A DNA stretch of 54,784 bases from a virus (IMGVR_UViG_3300042197_004232:1-54784); one strand, 5' to 3'; numbered from the stretch's first letter, positions 24,559 through 35,312 are shown. Made by a program: numbers and translations. The notes: generated by a model not told the origin, from the letters alone.

Positions 24559-27111
24559 ATGAGTTTTGCTGGCTACCCGGTCGTGATTCAGAAAACAGCC
24601 AATGTGCTCAAGATTACGGGCGCTGGCGGAACAGCCCTCAACCCTGATCTGATCAAGCATCTGACCAAGGGGCTGCATTACTCGCACGTCGAGCAGTTGC
24701 ACGGGCAGTCCCGCAAGAATCCAGTGACGGGGCAGCGGCTGTATTTTCAGACGCGCGAGTTCAAACTGTTTCGCGTCGAGAACGGCCACGTCGTCTTGTT
24801 GGCGGGTTACATGGCGCGGATGATCAACCGGCTGCGGAAACTGGGATGTAATTTTACGCTGGTGGATTCGACGCCTTCCCGCAAGCGAGAACAGTGCTAT
24901 ACGCCGCGCTGGGAAAATTTAGAAGGCAAAATCGAGTTTCGTCCGCGGCAGGAAGAATGCCTTCGGTTGCTTTCGCGAGTCCCGTGCGGGATTATCAAGG
25001 CCGTGACCGGGTTCGGGAAAGCCCAACCGATTACCGAAACGGTTTATACCGATATCGGGCCTATTCCAATTGGCGGCATTCAGGTCGGCGATTACGTTAT
25101 CGGTTCAAACGGTTATCCGACTGAAGTAACCGGCGTATATCCGCAAGGTGTCAAAGATATCGTTGAAGTCGAATTTTCTGACCGCACAAAAGTCAGGTGC
25201 TGCAAAGAACATTTGTGGAATGTTCGCACAAAAGCCCAAAAGCATCGAGACAAACCGTATCGCACTGTGCAGATTGCCGATATCGCAGACGACTTGTACG
25301 ACAATCAGGGTAACGCAAAATGGTTTGTGCCTGTTGTTGAACCTGTGCATTTCCGGCAACGAGTATTGCCGGTCGATCCGTATTTGCTCGGCGTATTGCT
25401 TGGCGACGGCGGTTTAACGCAGACGAGCATTCGATTCAGTTCTGCGGATCGAGAAATAGTCGATCGTGTGGACAGTCTTGTGCAACCGTTCGGCCTCTCC
25501 GTGCGCTATATTGCGCAGTATGACTGGGGCATAACGCACGGCATGAAAAATTTGGAAAATTCGCTTAAAAGGGCGCTGAATAAACTTGGTGTATGTGTCC
25601 TGTCGAAGGACAAAAAAATTCCAGACTGCTACAAGCATTCAAGTTATGAGCAGCGGTTAGAACTATTGCGCGGTTTAATGGACACAGACGGCACCATACG
25701 TAAAAATTGTTACCACGTTGAATTTGGTGCCGTAGCGTCCAAGCAGTTGGCCGAAGACGTCTGCGATCTTGTTCGCTCCTTGGGCGGCGTAACTCGCGTT
25801 AAAGAACAAACGTATACAGCGCAACCCGGCAAGACGTATTATCGCGTTGCCGTTAACTTGCCTGTAAATCCTTTTTGGTTGCCCAGAAAAGCCGATTTGT
25901 GGCGAAGCAAAACCAAACAAGGCAAAACAAAAGCGATTACGGCTGTACGCGCTGTCGGCCAAGAATCGTGCGTATGTATTTCCGTATCTGCGGAGGACGG
26001 GTTATATGTGACCAAAGATTACACAGTCACGCATAACACAACCCTCATCGGCGCGGCGTCACAATTGTTTCCTGACGCGCGCATCGACGTGGTTACCAAG
26101 AGCGTCGACGTGGCCGAGCGCATCGTGCGAAGTCTGCGGCGGTTTGTGCCGAAAGTCGGCATGATCGGCGACGGCTGGAAACAGCGTGAACGCGTCACGG
26201 TTATCACAGCGGGCAGTCTGCAGCACGCCGACGGCGAGGCTGACTTTATGTTTGCCGACGAAGTGCACCAACTGGCCACGATCAACTTTTCGACCGCGCT
26301 TGCCGCGCGGTACCGCAACTCTCGAAACTTTGGCCTGAGCGCCACGCCATACGCGCGCATGGACAATGCGCACGCCATTCTGGAGCCGCTTTTTGGCCCG
26401 ATGATTTTTGATCTGCCGTATCAGGAGGCTGTGGAACTTGGGCTGGTTGTACCTGTTCGTGTGAAGTGGCTGCCGATTCGTTTGCAGCACAATCCAGCCG
26501 AGCGGTATCGCAACAGAGTCGCACGAAAAAAACACGGCATCTGGACAAACTATGGTCGCAACAGTATGATCGCCGCCGCCGTGCGGGAGTATCCGGCAGA
26601 TCGCCAGATACTCATTCTCGTCGAGACGATCGAGCACGCCGTGCATCTGGGCTCGCTGCTGCCAGAGTTCACGCTCATGTACTCCAATATGATGCCGTCG
26701 GATTGCGCGGCGTATAAGCGGGCAAAGTTATTGCCGCAGGATTACACCCCGCTAACCAGTTTGCAGAAGCACGACATGCGGTCGGCGTTTGAAACCGGCA
26801 CGTTGCGCCGCGTCATCGCCACCGACGTGTGGGCGACCGGCGTAGACTTTGAACAGTTGAACGTCTTGGTTCGCGCCGATGACCGCGACAGCGATATCGT
26901 GGACGTACAGGGCCCCGGGCGTGTGAGTCGAACGTATACGGCACCTGACGGCACAGTAAAAGAATTTGGCGAAGTGATTGATTGCATGGACACATTTGAC
27001 CCGACGTTTTATCGCAAAAGCACGGGTCGGCGAGACAGTTACAAACTTCTCGGATGGGAGCAAAATTGGAATGAGGCTGCAAGAAGTTGGCGGTCTAGCG
27101 GAAGTCAATGA
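24559..27111 (+). CDS. SF2 helicase (UvsW/XPB-like) with intein
   Basis: RPRQEE Q motif, TGFGK|T Walker A, DEVH, SAT, TGVD, QGPGRVSR. Confidence 0.9.
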   Translation: MSFAGYPVVIQKTANVLKITGAGGTALNPDLIKHLTKGLHYSHVEQLHGQSRKNPVTGQRLYFQTREFKLFRVENGHVVLLAGYMARMINRLRKLGCNFTLVDSTPSRKREQCYTPRWENLEGKIEFRPRQEECLRLLSRVPCGIIKAVTGFGKAQPITETVYTDIGPIPIGGIQVGDYVIGSNGYPTEVTGVYPQGVKDIVEVEFSDRTKVRCCKEHLWNVRTKAQKHRDKPYRTVQIADIADDLYDNQGNAKWFVPVVEPVHFRQRVLPVDPYLLGVLLGDGGLTQTSIRFSSADREIVDRVDSLVQPFGLSVRYIAQYDWGITHGMKNLENSLKRALNKLGVCVLSKDKKIPDCYKHSSYEQRLELLRGLMDTDGTIRKNCYHVEFGAVASKQLAEDVCDLVRSLGGVTRVKEQTYTAQPGKTYYRVAVNLPVNPFWLPRKADLWRSKTKQGKTKAITAVRAVGQESCVCISVSAEDGLYVTKDYTVTHNTTLIGAASQLFPDARIDVVTKSVDVAERIVRSLRRFVPKVGMIGDGWKQRERVTVITAGSLQHADGEADFMFADEVHQLATINFSTALAARYRNSRNFGLSATPYARMDNAHAILEPLFGPMIFDLPYQEAVELGLVVPVRVKWLPIRLQHNPAERYRNRVARKKHGIWTNYGRNSMIAAAVREYPADRQILILVETIEHAVHLGSLLPEFTLMYSNMMPSDCAAYKRAKLLPQDYTPLTSLQKHDMRSAFETGTLRRVIATDVWATGVDFEQLNVLVRADDRDSDIVDVQGPGRVSRTYTAPDGTVKEFGEVIDCMDTFDPTFYRKSTGRRDSYKLLGWEQNWNEAARSWRSSGSQ
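25021..26037 (+). mobile_element. Class 3-type intein with LAGLIDADG homing endonuclease (339 aa)
   Basis: Begins AQPITETV, ends VTHN before Thr; LGVLLGDG and LRGLMDTDG motifs; lower GC. Confidence 0.9.
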
Positions 27112-27823
27112 TGTCACTCTGGACCCAGAATGGTTTCAGAATTTGACAGCAAAACAGTTGGCCGCCTACGTGCGGTATCTGTTTATTTATTTACAAGAGG
27201 GCGTCGCGGACTGGAACTCCTCGGCACATAGCGAGCCGCGCCCGCATTGGGACGGCGGAAAAACGACGGACGGCGTCAAGCACAAGTCCATTTGGGACAA
27301 GGTTATCCGCGGGATTCGCCAAATAGGCGCCCATCCCGGTCTGTGGGTTTCCGCCCATTTTTCGTCGTCGGTGTACGCGGTCCGAATCGCGCAGGGAAAA
27401 GGCGTGATTGAAGGCCGGCCGGAACTTCTGTGCAGCAGCATCTCGCCCGACGTGTACGAAAATTACCTCGCGCACTTTGACGATACATTTGCGCAGCGGT
27501 TCGCCGCGGCACAAGCGTCGATCACCACGCGTTTTAACATCACAAAAGCAATTGGGCTGCCACCCGACGACCATTTTTTCGTGGTCATTTGCGACAAGAC
27601 GCACGTGAACGCCTCGCCGTTTCTTCGCCACGGATTCGCTGCAGAATCAAACTGTCAGCGCGCCGTCAATAGATATCTGCCGTTTGCCGCGCTGGAGTAC
27701 GAAATCAAGCAGCCGCTCTACGACAGATTTATCGCAGCCAACCCGGAATACGGCTGGCTCGTACCACCACATTTAAAACAGGCTGTGAAAGAGTTGCGGC
27801 AACATTGGAGGCGGTATGCTTAA
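27071..27823 (+). CDS. Hypothetical in replication module
   Basis: ORF between the two helicases; start uncertain. Confidence 0.7.
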   Translation: MRLQEVGGLAEVNDVTLDPEWFQNLTAKQLAAYVRYLFIYLQEGVADWNSSAHSEPRPHWDGGKTTDGVKHKSIWDKVIRGIRQIGAHPGLWVSAHFSSSVYAVRIAQGKGVIEGRPELLCSSISPDVYENYLAHFDDTFAQRFAAAQASITTRFNITKAIGLPPDDHFFVVICDKTHVNASPFLRHGFAAESNCQRAVNRYLPFAALEYEIKQPLYDRFIAANPEYGWLVPPHLKQAVKELRQHWRRYA

Positions 27824-29528
27824 TCAGGGAGGGTTTTCCGGTTCACGCCAACCGGTCGACGATACGCCGCTGACGTTTGAGGAAATGAAGACGCTCGTCC
27901 GCGGGCTGGTTCGGTTCCCCACGACATATCGGTCAGCCCGCAAAGTCGGGCTAGAGGCTGGTCACTTTAATGGGCTGAACGAGAGCCCGTTGCGCGTGTT
28001 TGTGGCGATTTATGACGCGTTGTTTCAGCAGCACGACGGCGTCGTCACAAAAGACATGTTTCTGAGCGAGTTGGCGGCTCGGGCAGAAGACAACCACGTA
28101 GGCATGACGCAGCACGACGCGGACTTCCTGTTCGGCGCCGAGACCGACGGCTTTATTGACTTCGTATTCGACGTCAGCCCGGAAGCGGCACAACCAGAAC
28201 AGCGCCGCGCCGACCGCTCTTATGTCGAAAACATTCTTCGGCGGTTTCTGAACGCGCGGTTGATCCGGCAGGAATTGAAGCGGGCGATGGGCGTCAGCCC
28301 AGACAATACGGCGCCTGCGGATATGGCGCAGATCATCGAGCAGTTCAATAAACGCGTAAACGCGGTAAAGTTTGTCGGTAATGAGGCGATTAATGCCTCG
28401 CCTATGCCGGAGTTCGGGGCTGACATCGTGCTGCCGCCCGATCCGCAGCCGACGACGATCGCGTGGATTGACAACTATATCGGCGGGTTCCGCCCGGGTG
28501 ACATTATTGGCCTCTTAGGGCCATATGCCGGCGGTAAGACGACAATTTTGACAACTGTGTCCGTACGTCTCGCTCAACAGTACGCCGCTTTAAACCAGAA
28601 CAAACTGGCGGTCTACATCTGCTACGAAGACGGCGCGCAAAAAATGAACTACACGCTGTACTCGGCGGCCGCGCACATCGAGCGTGCCGCGTTTATCGGC
28701 AAGAGTTCTACGGAAGAGTTCTGGGAAAGTCTCTCGACGCGGGACACGCTCAAGCCGTACGAGCGCAACCTGCCGGTCAACCAGAATGGCGAGATTTTGT
28801 TATCTGAACGCGATCGTTGGATGGCGGCTGCTCCGTGGTTCAACCGGAATTTCGTGTTCTTGGACTTTTCGGCGGACAAGGCCACTGGCGGCCGCGGGAA
28901 CGGCGGTGTGCACGAAATCGTGGCAACGCTTGAAAATCTTGTCGAGAGCACCGGCATGGAGATCGGGTGCATCTTCCTCGATTACGCCATGATCATAGTC
29001 AATCGTGAGATGTCGCAGCAGGCGAGTACCAAGTATCAGGAGCAGGTGTGGCGTCCGCTGCAGATGCTTCCCGAAGACTTGAAGACTCAGGTGGCGAAGC
29101 CGTTTAATTGCTCGGTGATGCTGGCGCACCAGTTGGCGCAGGGCGACATCAAGCACATCCCTGCGTATCGGCACGTTTCGCACGCCGACGCGCAGGGCTC
29201 CAAGGCGTTTGCTGAAAATTTGCACGCCTGTATGTGCCTGAACGCACCCGATCCGGAAACCAAGGTTTCGACGATCAACTGGTCAAAGATTCGTTACGGC
29301 CGGCCGCAGACACCGTACGGGCTCGTGCGTATCGATGAGCACGTGGTCGACGTCCGAGACGTGAGCGACGAGTTTTACGTCAACGAGTTAGGGCGTCGAA
29401 TCATGCAGCGGAACGAACTGGCGCCGACGGCGCACAGCGGTGTCGTGGCTCCGCCGTCCGCTCGTGCGCGCCGTGTCATGCGGAATCAATCACAGGCGGC
29501 TGACACGTTTGGCCAAGATTTACTTTAG
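27816..29528 (+). CDS. DnaB-like replicative helicase
   Basis: GGFRPGD...GPYAGGKT, ICYED, IFLDY, LAHQL, KIRYG; precedes primase. Confidence 0.8.
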   Translation: MLNQGGFSGSRQPVDDTPLTFEEMKTLVRGLVRFPTTYRSARKVGLEAGHFNGLNESPLRVFVAIYDALFQQHDGVVTKDMFLSELAARAEDNHVGMTQHDADFLFGAETDGFIDFVFDVSPEAAQPEQRRADRSYVENILRRFLNARLIRQELKRAMGVSPDNTAPADMAQIIEQFNKRVNAVKFVGNEAINASPMPEFGADIVLPPDPQPTTIAWIDNYIGGFRPGDIIGLLGPYAGGKTTILTTVSVRLAQQYAALNQNKLAVYICYEDGAQKMNYTLYSAAAHIERAAFIGKSSTEEFWESLSTRDTLKPYERNLPVNQNGEILLSERDRWMAAAPWFNRNFVFLDFSADKATGGRGNGGVHEIVATLENLVESTGMEIGCIFLDYAMIIVNREMSQQASTKYQEQVWRPLQMLPEDLKTQVAKPFNCSVMLAHQLAQGDIKHIPAYRHVSHADAQGSKAFAENLHACMCLNAPDPETKVSTINWSKIRYGRPQTPYGLVRIDEHVVDVRDVSDEFYVNELGRRIMQRNELAPTAHSGVVAPPSARARRVMRNQSQAADTFGQDLL

Positions 29529-29539
29529 TAGGAGTATTT

Positions 29540-30622
29540 ATGGCAATGGCCACTCCGTCCATGCCAAGTATCAATCCGTTAAACCCAACGCTGTATGCGC
29601 TGCTCGAACACAAATTTGGTGAGGTGCGTGTTGCGAACGCCGGATCGCCGGCGCAGATTCGTCGCTTTCGCGACCCTACCCGCCCCGGCCGCGTAATCAC
29701 GCAGGCCGACAGTTGGGGCGAGTATTACTGCGTATGCTGCCCGTTTTGCAATGACGTTGGCAACAAGTTGTGGATCAACCACACCTACGGCGCCGACTAT
29801 GACGACAAAACGGGGCGACGTTCCGACACGTATCTCGCCTGCTGCTATAAAAATTCTTGCCTGCAAAAACCGGGTATGTTTGAGCAATTAGAGAATTTAA
29901 TTTTTGGTCCCGGGCGTCCGGTAATTAAACGCACGGCTATTCGCGTCGTTGACGCCGATCCCGCCGCGACGGTATTGCACCTGCCCGGCACGATTGTCCC
30001 GATTGACGAGATGCCGCACACGCATCGCGCCGTCGAGTACGTCATTGGTCGTGGATTTGATCCGCACGAATTGGCGGCCGTGTTTAATGTCGGTGTCTGC
30101 ACCGAGGCCACGCCGCGGTATCGGATTATGACCGGGCGGATTTTTATTCCGTCGTACTTCAACAAGAAGCTGGTCGCATGGCAAGGGCGCATGACCCGGG
30201 ACGCCGACAAGGGCGAGATCAAGTACTACACGCAAGGCAGCAAAAGCCGGGCGTTATACAACTACGACGTCGCCGCGGCGCAGCCGTTCGCCGTGTTGGT
30301 TGAGGGTGCGCCGAGCGTGTGGCGGCTTGGTTCGATTGGCGTGTGTCTATTCGGCAAAACCCTTTCGCACTGGCAGGCTAATACGGTCGGGACAACGTGG
30401 GCTGGAAAGCCGGTCTTCGTCATGCTAGATTGCGACGCCCGCCGGGAAATGGACGCCGCTGTGGTTCAGTTATCGCAACATAATCTGGCCGTGATTCCCG
30501 TTTTGTTGCCAGACCAGCGCGATCCGGCCGACTACTCTCGGGCCGACCTTCGCGCCATTCTTGAAGCCTCCGCAGCGCATGCGGGCGTGGCTGTTGATTT
30601 GACCTCTTTAGGTGGACAATGA
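29540..30622 (+). CDS. DNA primase
   Basis: CPFC zinc domain, RIFIP...WQGR, KYY, VLVEG and LDCDA TOPRIM motifs, DPAD. Confidence 0.88.
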   Translation: MAMATPSMPSINPLNPTLYALLEHKFGEVRVANAGSPAQIRRFRDPTRPGRVITQADSWGEYYCVCCPFCNDVGNKLWINHTYGADYDDKTGRRSDTYLACCYKNSCLQKPGMFEQLENLIFGPGRPVIKRTAIRVVDADPAATVLHLPGTIVPIDEMPHTHRAVEYVIGRGFDPHELAAVFNVGVCTEATPRYRIMTGRIFIPSYFNKKLVAWQGRMTRDADKGEIKYYTQGSKSRALYNYDVAAAQPFAVLVEGAPSVWRLGSIGVCLFGKTLSHWQANTVGTTWAGKPVFVMLDCDARREMDAAVVQLSQHNLAVIPVLLPDQRDPADYSRADLRAILEASAAHAGVAVDLTSLGGQ

Positions 30623-33600
30623 TTCCGGCTGTGTCTTTAGCCCATCTGCTGGTTCGCGCGATCTATGATGAAGACTCCGCAAAACTCGCGGCAGAGTTGT
30701 ATCCAATGGTGCCGATGGACGCTGTTGGAATGCCACCAGCGGGCGCAAACTTTATCGCGCACGCCATCGACTTGGGCGATGATCCTGATTTAGCGACGAT
30801 GCGTAAAAACCGCAAAGTCCTCCCGGTTGGTGAAAAACTGACCGGTATTTATCGTGCGGCGTTGTACTCGCCAGACTATTCGATGCCGATTCGGCTCAAG
30901 AGCGGCATTGAAACTGTGCAATTTTTGCCGGGTCATGTGCGGCGAAATCTTTACCGTTCCGAGCCGGTCTATGGACCGAAGCCGGCGCGCGTGATGGTGG
31001 TTGCAAAGATTCCCGGTTACAAAGAAATGGAAAACGGTGACGCGTTGGCCGGCCCCGGAATGGCGCCGTTTCACGCGGCACTGGACGCCTGCGGCTTCGA
31101 CCGCGACGACTGGGAAACGTGGTACTTCACGTTTGCCTGTAAGTTTTCATCGCCCACGCCCGACACGGCTGCCGTGCCCGCCGCGTGGATTAAAGATTGC
31201 GCGCCGCTTTTGGCGCAGGAAATACGGCTTGTGCAGCCGGACTATATTTTGTGTCTTGGAAACGAGGCGACCAAGGCTGTTTTGAACACCAACGCCAACG
31301 TCACCGATTTGGCCGGGCGGGCTACCACACTGCCGACGTACGACGCCGCCGGGAACAGCCGTGAAGTGCAGGTCATGTCGATTATGCACCCGGCTTACGT
31401 GGCCCGAAAGCCGGAGTTCTCTGAAGATTTTTTCGGGCAGATGTCGCGGTTCAAAGAAATGCTTGAAAATCGTGAATCAGCGGCTGAAGAAGTCGACCAC
31501 GCCGATATTTATACGGAAGAAGCCTTGATCGAGATGGTCGACGAGATGCTCGCCGACACGGACCCGAACGCCAACATAATCGCGATCGACTGCGAGTGGC
31601 ACGGCGATTACCCGACAGAGGACGGCGCGTATCTGCGTACCGTGCAGGTGTCGAATCGAGACAAGTGGGCGCGCACAATCGTGCTGCGGCACCAAGGCGG
31701 TGAGGTGGCGTTTAAACCCGGTTTAGACGCCGTACGGCAGCAACTGCTGCGGTTACTCAAAAGCACGCCGGAGCGGCACGTACGAGTGGGCGGCCACTTC
31801 TTCCGTGCCGACCTTCCGTGGCTGATCCACTTTGGCGTCGACATCCGCCCGGAGTACGCCCCGGCGGCCGACATGCACGACCGCACGCATGGCGGCTGGG
31901 ACACGAGCCTCATGTATCACGCGGTTAACGAATGCGCCAAGTACGGGCTTGATGTCTGCGCCATGCGGTTCACGAATGCGCCGACATACTGGGATGAATT
32001 GAACCGCTGGATCAAAAAGCATCGAGCGGACAACAAACTTAAAGCCGGCGAGGTAGGTGGATACGGCGAATGCCCGCCGCATGTTCTGCATCCGTATGGC
32101 GCGTACGACGTGGACGTGACCCGGCGGATCATGATGCATTTCTACGGCACCGACGGCGCCGACGGGTTTCTGGCCAACGACAATCAGGGTCACGACTGTT
32201 GGCAGCCGTACTGGACGGCGCATAGCGCGTCATTGGCGTTTCTGGAGATGGAGTTGACGGGGCTCGTTGTTGACCGACAGCGGGCCGACGAATTGACAAC
32301 ATTATTCATGAACACCCAAGACCGGTTGTTGGGAGAGATTCGAGAAGAACTGCGCTGGCCAGAATTTAACCCCAAGTCGCAGCCGCAATTAGCTGTGGCC
32401 TTGTTTGGGCGGAACTATCTGGCTCGCTACACCAACGCTCCAAATATTCCCGAGAACGTCGTGTTGCTCGATCTTGAACCTGTGAAAACAACCGGCAAGC
32501 GTCCGGTCTTGTGGACAGAGTTGCGCTGGCGCGGCGTCAACGAATCGGCGGCCGTCCCGAGCACCGACAAGGAAAGCCTTGGTATTCTGGGGCGAAAAAA
32601 TCCAACCGCAGCCAAGATTCGCGACTACAAGTTTATTAGTCAAGTGCTGCAGTCGGTGCTGCGTAAGCCCAACACGGACGACGAAGGAGAGTTTGAAGTC
32701 GATGACAACGGTAATTTCGCGTATGAAAAAGGCCTTGTGGGCTGCGCTCATTCCGACGGCCGGGTTCGCACGCACTTCTTTCAGACGAAGGAAACCGGTC
32801 GCGCCAGTTCGTCCCGGCCTCCGCTACAAAATCTTTCATCGCGGCGTGAAAACGACTACGCCCGCATCCTCGGCGATCAACACCAGCACCCCGTCCGCTC
32901 AATCCTTCGTGTCCCTGAAGGGTACGTCGGCATTGAGACAGACCTCACTGGTGCGGAATTGGCGGTCCTCGCGTGGTTGAGTCAAGACCAGAACTTTATT
33001 GAACACGTGCGGCGGAACTTGCTGCCGGAAAGCCATCCCGACCACTACGACATCCACAGCCAGCAGGCCATCAAAACGTTCAATATCACCGACGTGGAGC
33101 CGACCAAGAAGGGGCTGGAAAAGTCGGGCAAAAAAGGCTTACGTATTGCGGCAAAAAACGTAAATTTCGGGATTCCGTATGGTCGCGGCGCCGAAGCCCT
33201 TGCCCGCCAGTGCAAAGAAGAAGGCGTAGAAGTTTCGGCAGATGAGTGCCACGCGATGATCGACGCGTACTTTGAGTCATATCCGGGTACGAAAACGTTT
33301 CTGGCCGAATGCCGCGCCCGGTCGCAAAACCCGGGGTGGATCGTCGGCCCATATGGGCGGTATCGGCGGTTTGTTCCCTCAAACGACAAAGCCGTCCGCG
33401 GCGAACAGGAGCGGCAGGCGCAAAACTTCCCGATTCAGGGCGGTGTTGCGGATGCCGTGTCTATCGCCTTGTCTAATTTTTACCGGTATCGGGAAGAGCA
33501 TTCCGATATCGATTACAAGATTCTCCTGCAGATTCATGACGCCGTGGTTCTCCTCGTGCCGATTGAGCATGCAGAGCGCGTGTACAAGGAAGTCATTCCA

Positions 33601-33771
33601 AAGTGCATGGTGGAGGATGTGCCGTTCTATCCGCGTAGGCTGGACGGCACGCTCATCAACGCAGGCCCTTATCACTTCGGCTCGTCCAGAGAGGTGTTCG
33701 TCCACTGGGGCGAAACCTTGAAGCCAAAGGAAGCCGCCGCCCTCGGGCTGCATTTTTTGGCTGAAGAATAG
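30619..33771 (+). CDS. polA: Family A DNA polymerase with N-terminal UDG-like domain and 3'-5' exonuclease
   Basis: AIDCEW exo I, TGRASS...PPLQN, DLTGAEL motif A, RIAAKNVNFGIPYG motif B, QIHDA motif C; UDG-like EIRLVQPDYILCLG and MHPAY. Confidence 0.93.
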   Translation: MIPAVSLAHLLVRAIYDEDSAKLAAELYPMVPMDAVGMPPAGANFIAHAIDLGDDPDLATMRKNRKVLPVGEKLTGIYRAALYSPDYSMPIRLKSGIETVQFLPGHVRRNLYRSEPVYGPKPARVMVVAKIPGYKEMENGDALAGPGMAPFHAALDACGFDRDDWETWYFTFACKFSSPTPDTAAVPAAWIKDCAPLLAQEIRLVQPDYILCLGNEATKAVLNTNANVTDLAGRATTLPTYDAAGNSREVQVMSIMHPAYVARKPEFSEDFFGQMSRFKEMLENRESAAEEVDHADIYTEEALIEMVDEMLADTDPNANIIAIDCEWHGDYPTEDGAYLRTVQVSNRDKWARTIVLRHQGGEVAFKPGLDAVRQQLLRLLKSTPERHVRVGGHFFRADLPWLIHFGVDIRPEYAPAADMHDRTHGGWDTSLMYHAVNECAKYGLDVCAMRFTNAPTYWDELNRWIKKHRADNKLKAGEVGGYGECPPHVLHPYGAYDVDVTRRIMMHFYGTDGADGFLANDNQGHDCWQPYWTAHSASLAFLEMELTGLVVDRQRADELTTLFMNTQDRLLGEIREELRWPEFNPKSQPQLAVALFGRNYLARYTNAPNIPENVVLLDLEPVKTTGKRPVLWTELRWRGVNESAAVPSTDKESLGILGRKNPTAAKIRDYKFISQVLQSVLRKPNTDDEGEFEVDDNGNFAYEKGLVGCAHSDGRVRTHFFQTKETGRASSSRPPLQNLSSRRENDYARILGDQHQHPVRSILRVPEGYVGIETDLTGAELAVLAWLSQDQNFIEHVRRNLLPESHPDHYDIHSQQAIKTFNITDVEPTKKGLEKSGKKGLRIAAKNVNFGIPYGRGAEALARQCKEEGVEVSADECHAMIDAYFESYPGTKTFLAECRARSQNPGWIVGPYGRYRRFVPSNDKAVRGEQERQAQNFPIQGGVADAVSIALSNFYRYREEHSDIDYKILLQIHDAVVLLVPIEHAERVYKEVIPKCMVEDVPFYPRRLDGTLINAGPYHFGSSREVFVHWGETLKPKEAAALGLHFLAEE

Positions 33772-33774
33772 GGG

Positions 33775-33803
33775 CTGGACTTTTCTCCGCGGCGTGCTAC
33801 ACT
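33775..33803 (+). promoter_or_regulatory. Putative extended -10 promoter
   Basis: TGcTACACT with CTGGAC 17 bp upstream of the hexamer. Confidence 0.45.
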
Positions 33804-33861
33804 GCGGTCAGATGAGTCGAGCAACAGGGTTCGACAATTACACAACTAGAAAGGGTTTGCC

Positions 33862-35247
33862 ATGCCACGCTATGCGTCGCAAAATTTGGCGGCACTCGAT
33901 CCTGAGTACCGCAAGGCCAATAACATCTCTCTCAGCGGCAACAACAACAAGTCCAGCCGCTACAGTTACGGGAAGCAAAACAACGTTTTCATCGCCTCTG
34001 GGCGTGAACTGACTGAAAACGGCCTGTGCTTCCGCCTCTTGCCCATGTACGAGGGCGAAGGCGATAAAAAGGAGTTCGCGCAATTCCGGCAGGGACGTGA
34101 AGACGTTGCCGCCGGTGACTGGTGCCGACTGGTGACTTGCGCGCACTGGGTCGGCAATCCGGGTGTGTGCTACATCGTTCACGACGGGAACCCGGCGCTG
34201 AACCTGTACGAAAGCCCGCTCCACGTGCTTCGAAAGGCGGCGTGGGACAACAAGGAAACGCCCGGTATCGGCCGGCTGTTCTCTGAGTTGCTCTTGAACC
34301 AGTTCACGCGTGACTCGCATATCGGCACGCTGCGCAAGCCGGAGGAGACACTGTTTATCTCGGCAAGCGCGGTGTACGTGAAGGACAACCAGATTACGCT
34401 CGGCGCCTTTGACGACAATCGGTCGAAGGAAGAGCGTGATCGTGGCGCTCGGATTATCGGGCTCAAGAAGAGTGCGGCACAGGCGCTGCTGTCGGCGCTC
34501 CGTGTCCGCGACGAGAACGGCGAGTTCTTGGTTGACGATATGTTGTCATTTGGTCCGGCCAAACTGGTCACGTTCCTCCCGAACGGTTACCAGAGCGGCG
34601 GCCAGAAGTTAATGGGCGTTGGTGTCGACGGTCCTGAGGCGTTCCATTGCCCCAAGTACGTGCGGAGCAGCAACAAGGGTGCGCAGTTTGTCGTGGGGTA
34701 TCCGCAGTCGCGGACCGACGTCACGCACTTTGCTATCGTGCACGACACGTACATGGACCAGCAGGTGACGCTGGAGCCGTACGCCGACCGCATCGTCGCC
34801 GAGACGCAGACGTTCGACGACTACCTGTGGGTGCCCACGTACGAAGAGCAGGCCGAGATGCTTGCCAACGCGTTCCCGCGCGAAGCGCTGGAGTTTGCGT
34901 GGCAGGAGTTCCCGGAATACATGCGTACGATTCCGAAGGGCACGACGACGTCGGCCGGCTCGGTGCGCGTCGAGGAAATGCCGGAAGAGTCGCCGGCAAT
35001 CCGTCGGCCGCCTGTCGCGCAGTCTCGCCCGATCGTGAAGCCCCCGAAGGCTGCTGACCCCGTCGGCGCTCCGTGGGGCGACGCGCCGACCGGCGAGATT
35101 TCCGAAGAGGAAGCCGCCGGCGTCGCCGATATGTTTGCCAGTGCGGAACCGGCTCGCCCGGCTTCGGCTGCCGTTTCTGGGGACACGCTGAACCCCGCTG
35201 AAATTCTTGAGCGAGCCAAGGCAAAACTGGCCGCCAAGAAGAAGTGA
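33862..35247 (+). CDS. Hypothetical, candidate SSB or recombination mediator
   Basis: Between polA and recA; low-complexity tail; function inferred from position only. Confidence 0.7.
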   Translation: MPRYASQNLAALDPEYRKANNISLSGNNNKSSRYSYGKQNNVFIASGRELTENGLCFRLLPMYEGEGDKKEFAQFRQGREDVAAGDWCRLVTCAHWVGNPGVCYIVHDGNPALNLYESPLHVLRKAAWDNKETPGIGRLFSELLLNQFTRDSHIGTLRKPEETLFISASAVYVKDNQITLGAFDDNRSKEERDRGARIIGLKKSAAQALLSALRVRDENGEFLVDDMLSFGPAKLVTFLPNGYQSGGQKLMGVGVDGPEAFHCPKYVRSSNKGAQFVVGYPQSRTDVTHFAIVHDTYMDQQVTLEPYADRIVAETQTFDDYLWVPTYEEQAEMLANAFPREALEFAWQEFPEYMRTIPKGTTTSAGSVRVEEMPEESPAIRRPPVAQSRPIVKPPKAADPVGAPWGDAPTGEISEEEAAGVADMFASAEPARPASAAVSGDTLNPAEILERAKAKLAAKKK

Positions 35248-35254
35248 CTTTTCG

Positions 35255-35312
35255 GCGCCTCAGCGCCGCGGGCTGCGCGCGCTTTTGCCCCGGCGTTGAG
35301 GCGCTAATTATT
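35255..35312 (+). terminator. Long GC-rich hairpin (terminator or processing site)
   Basis: GCGCCTCAGCGCCG...CGGCGTTGAGGCGC followed by an AT tract. Confidence 0.55.
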
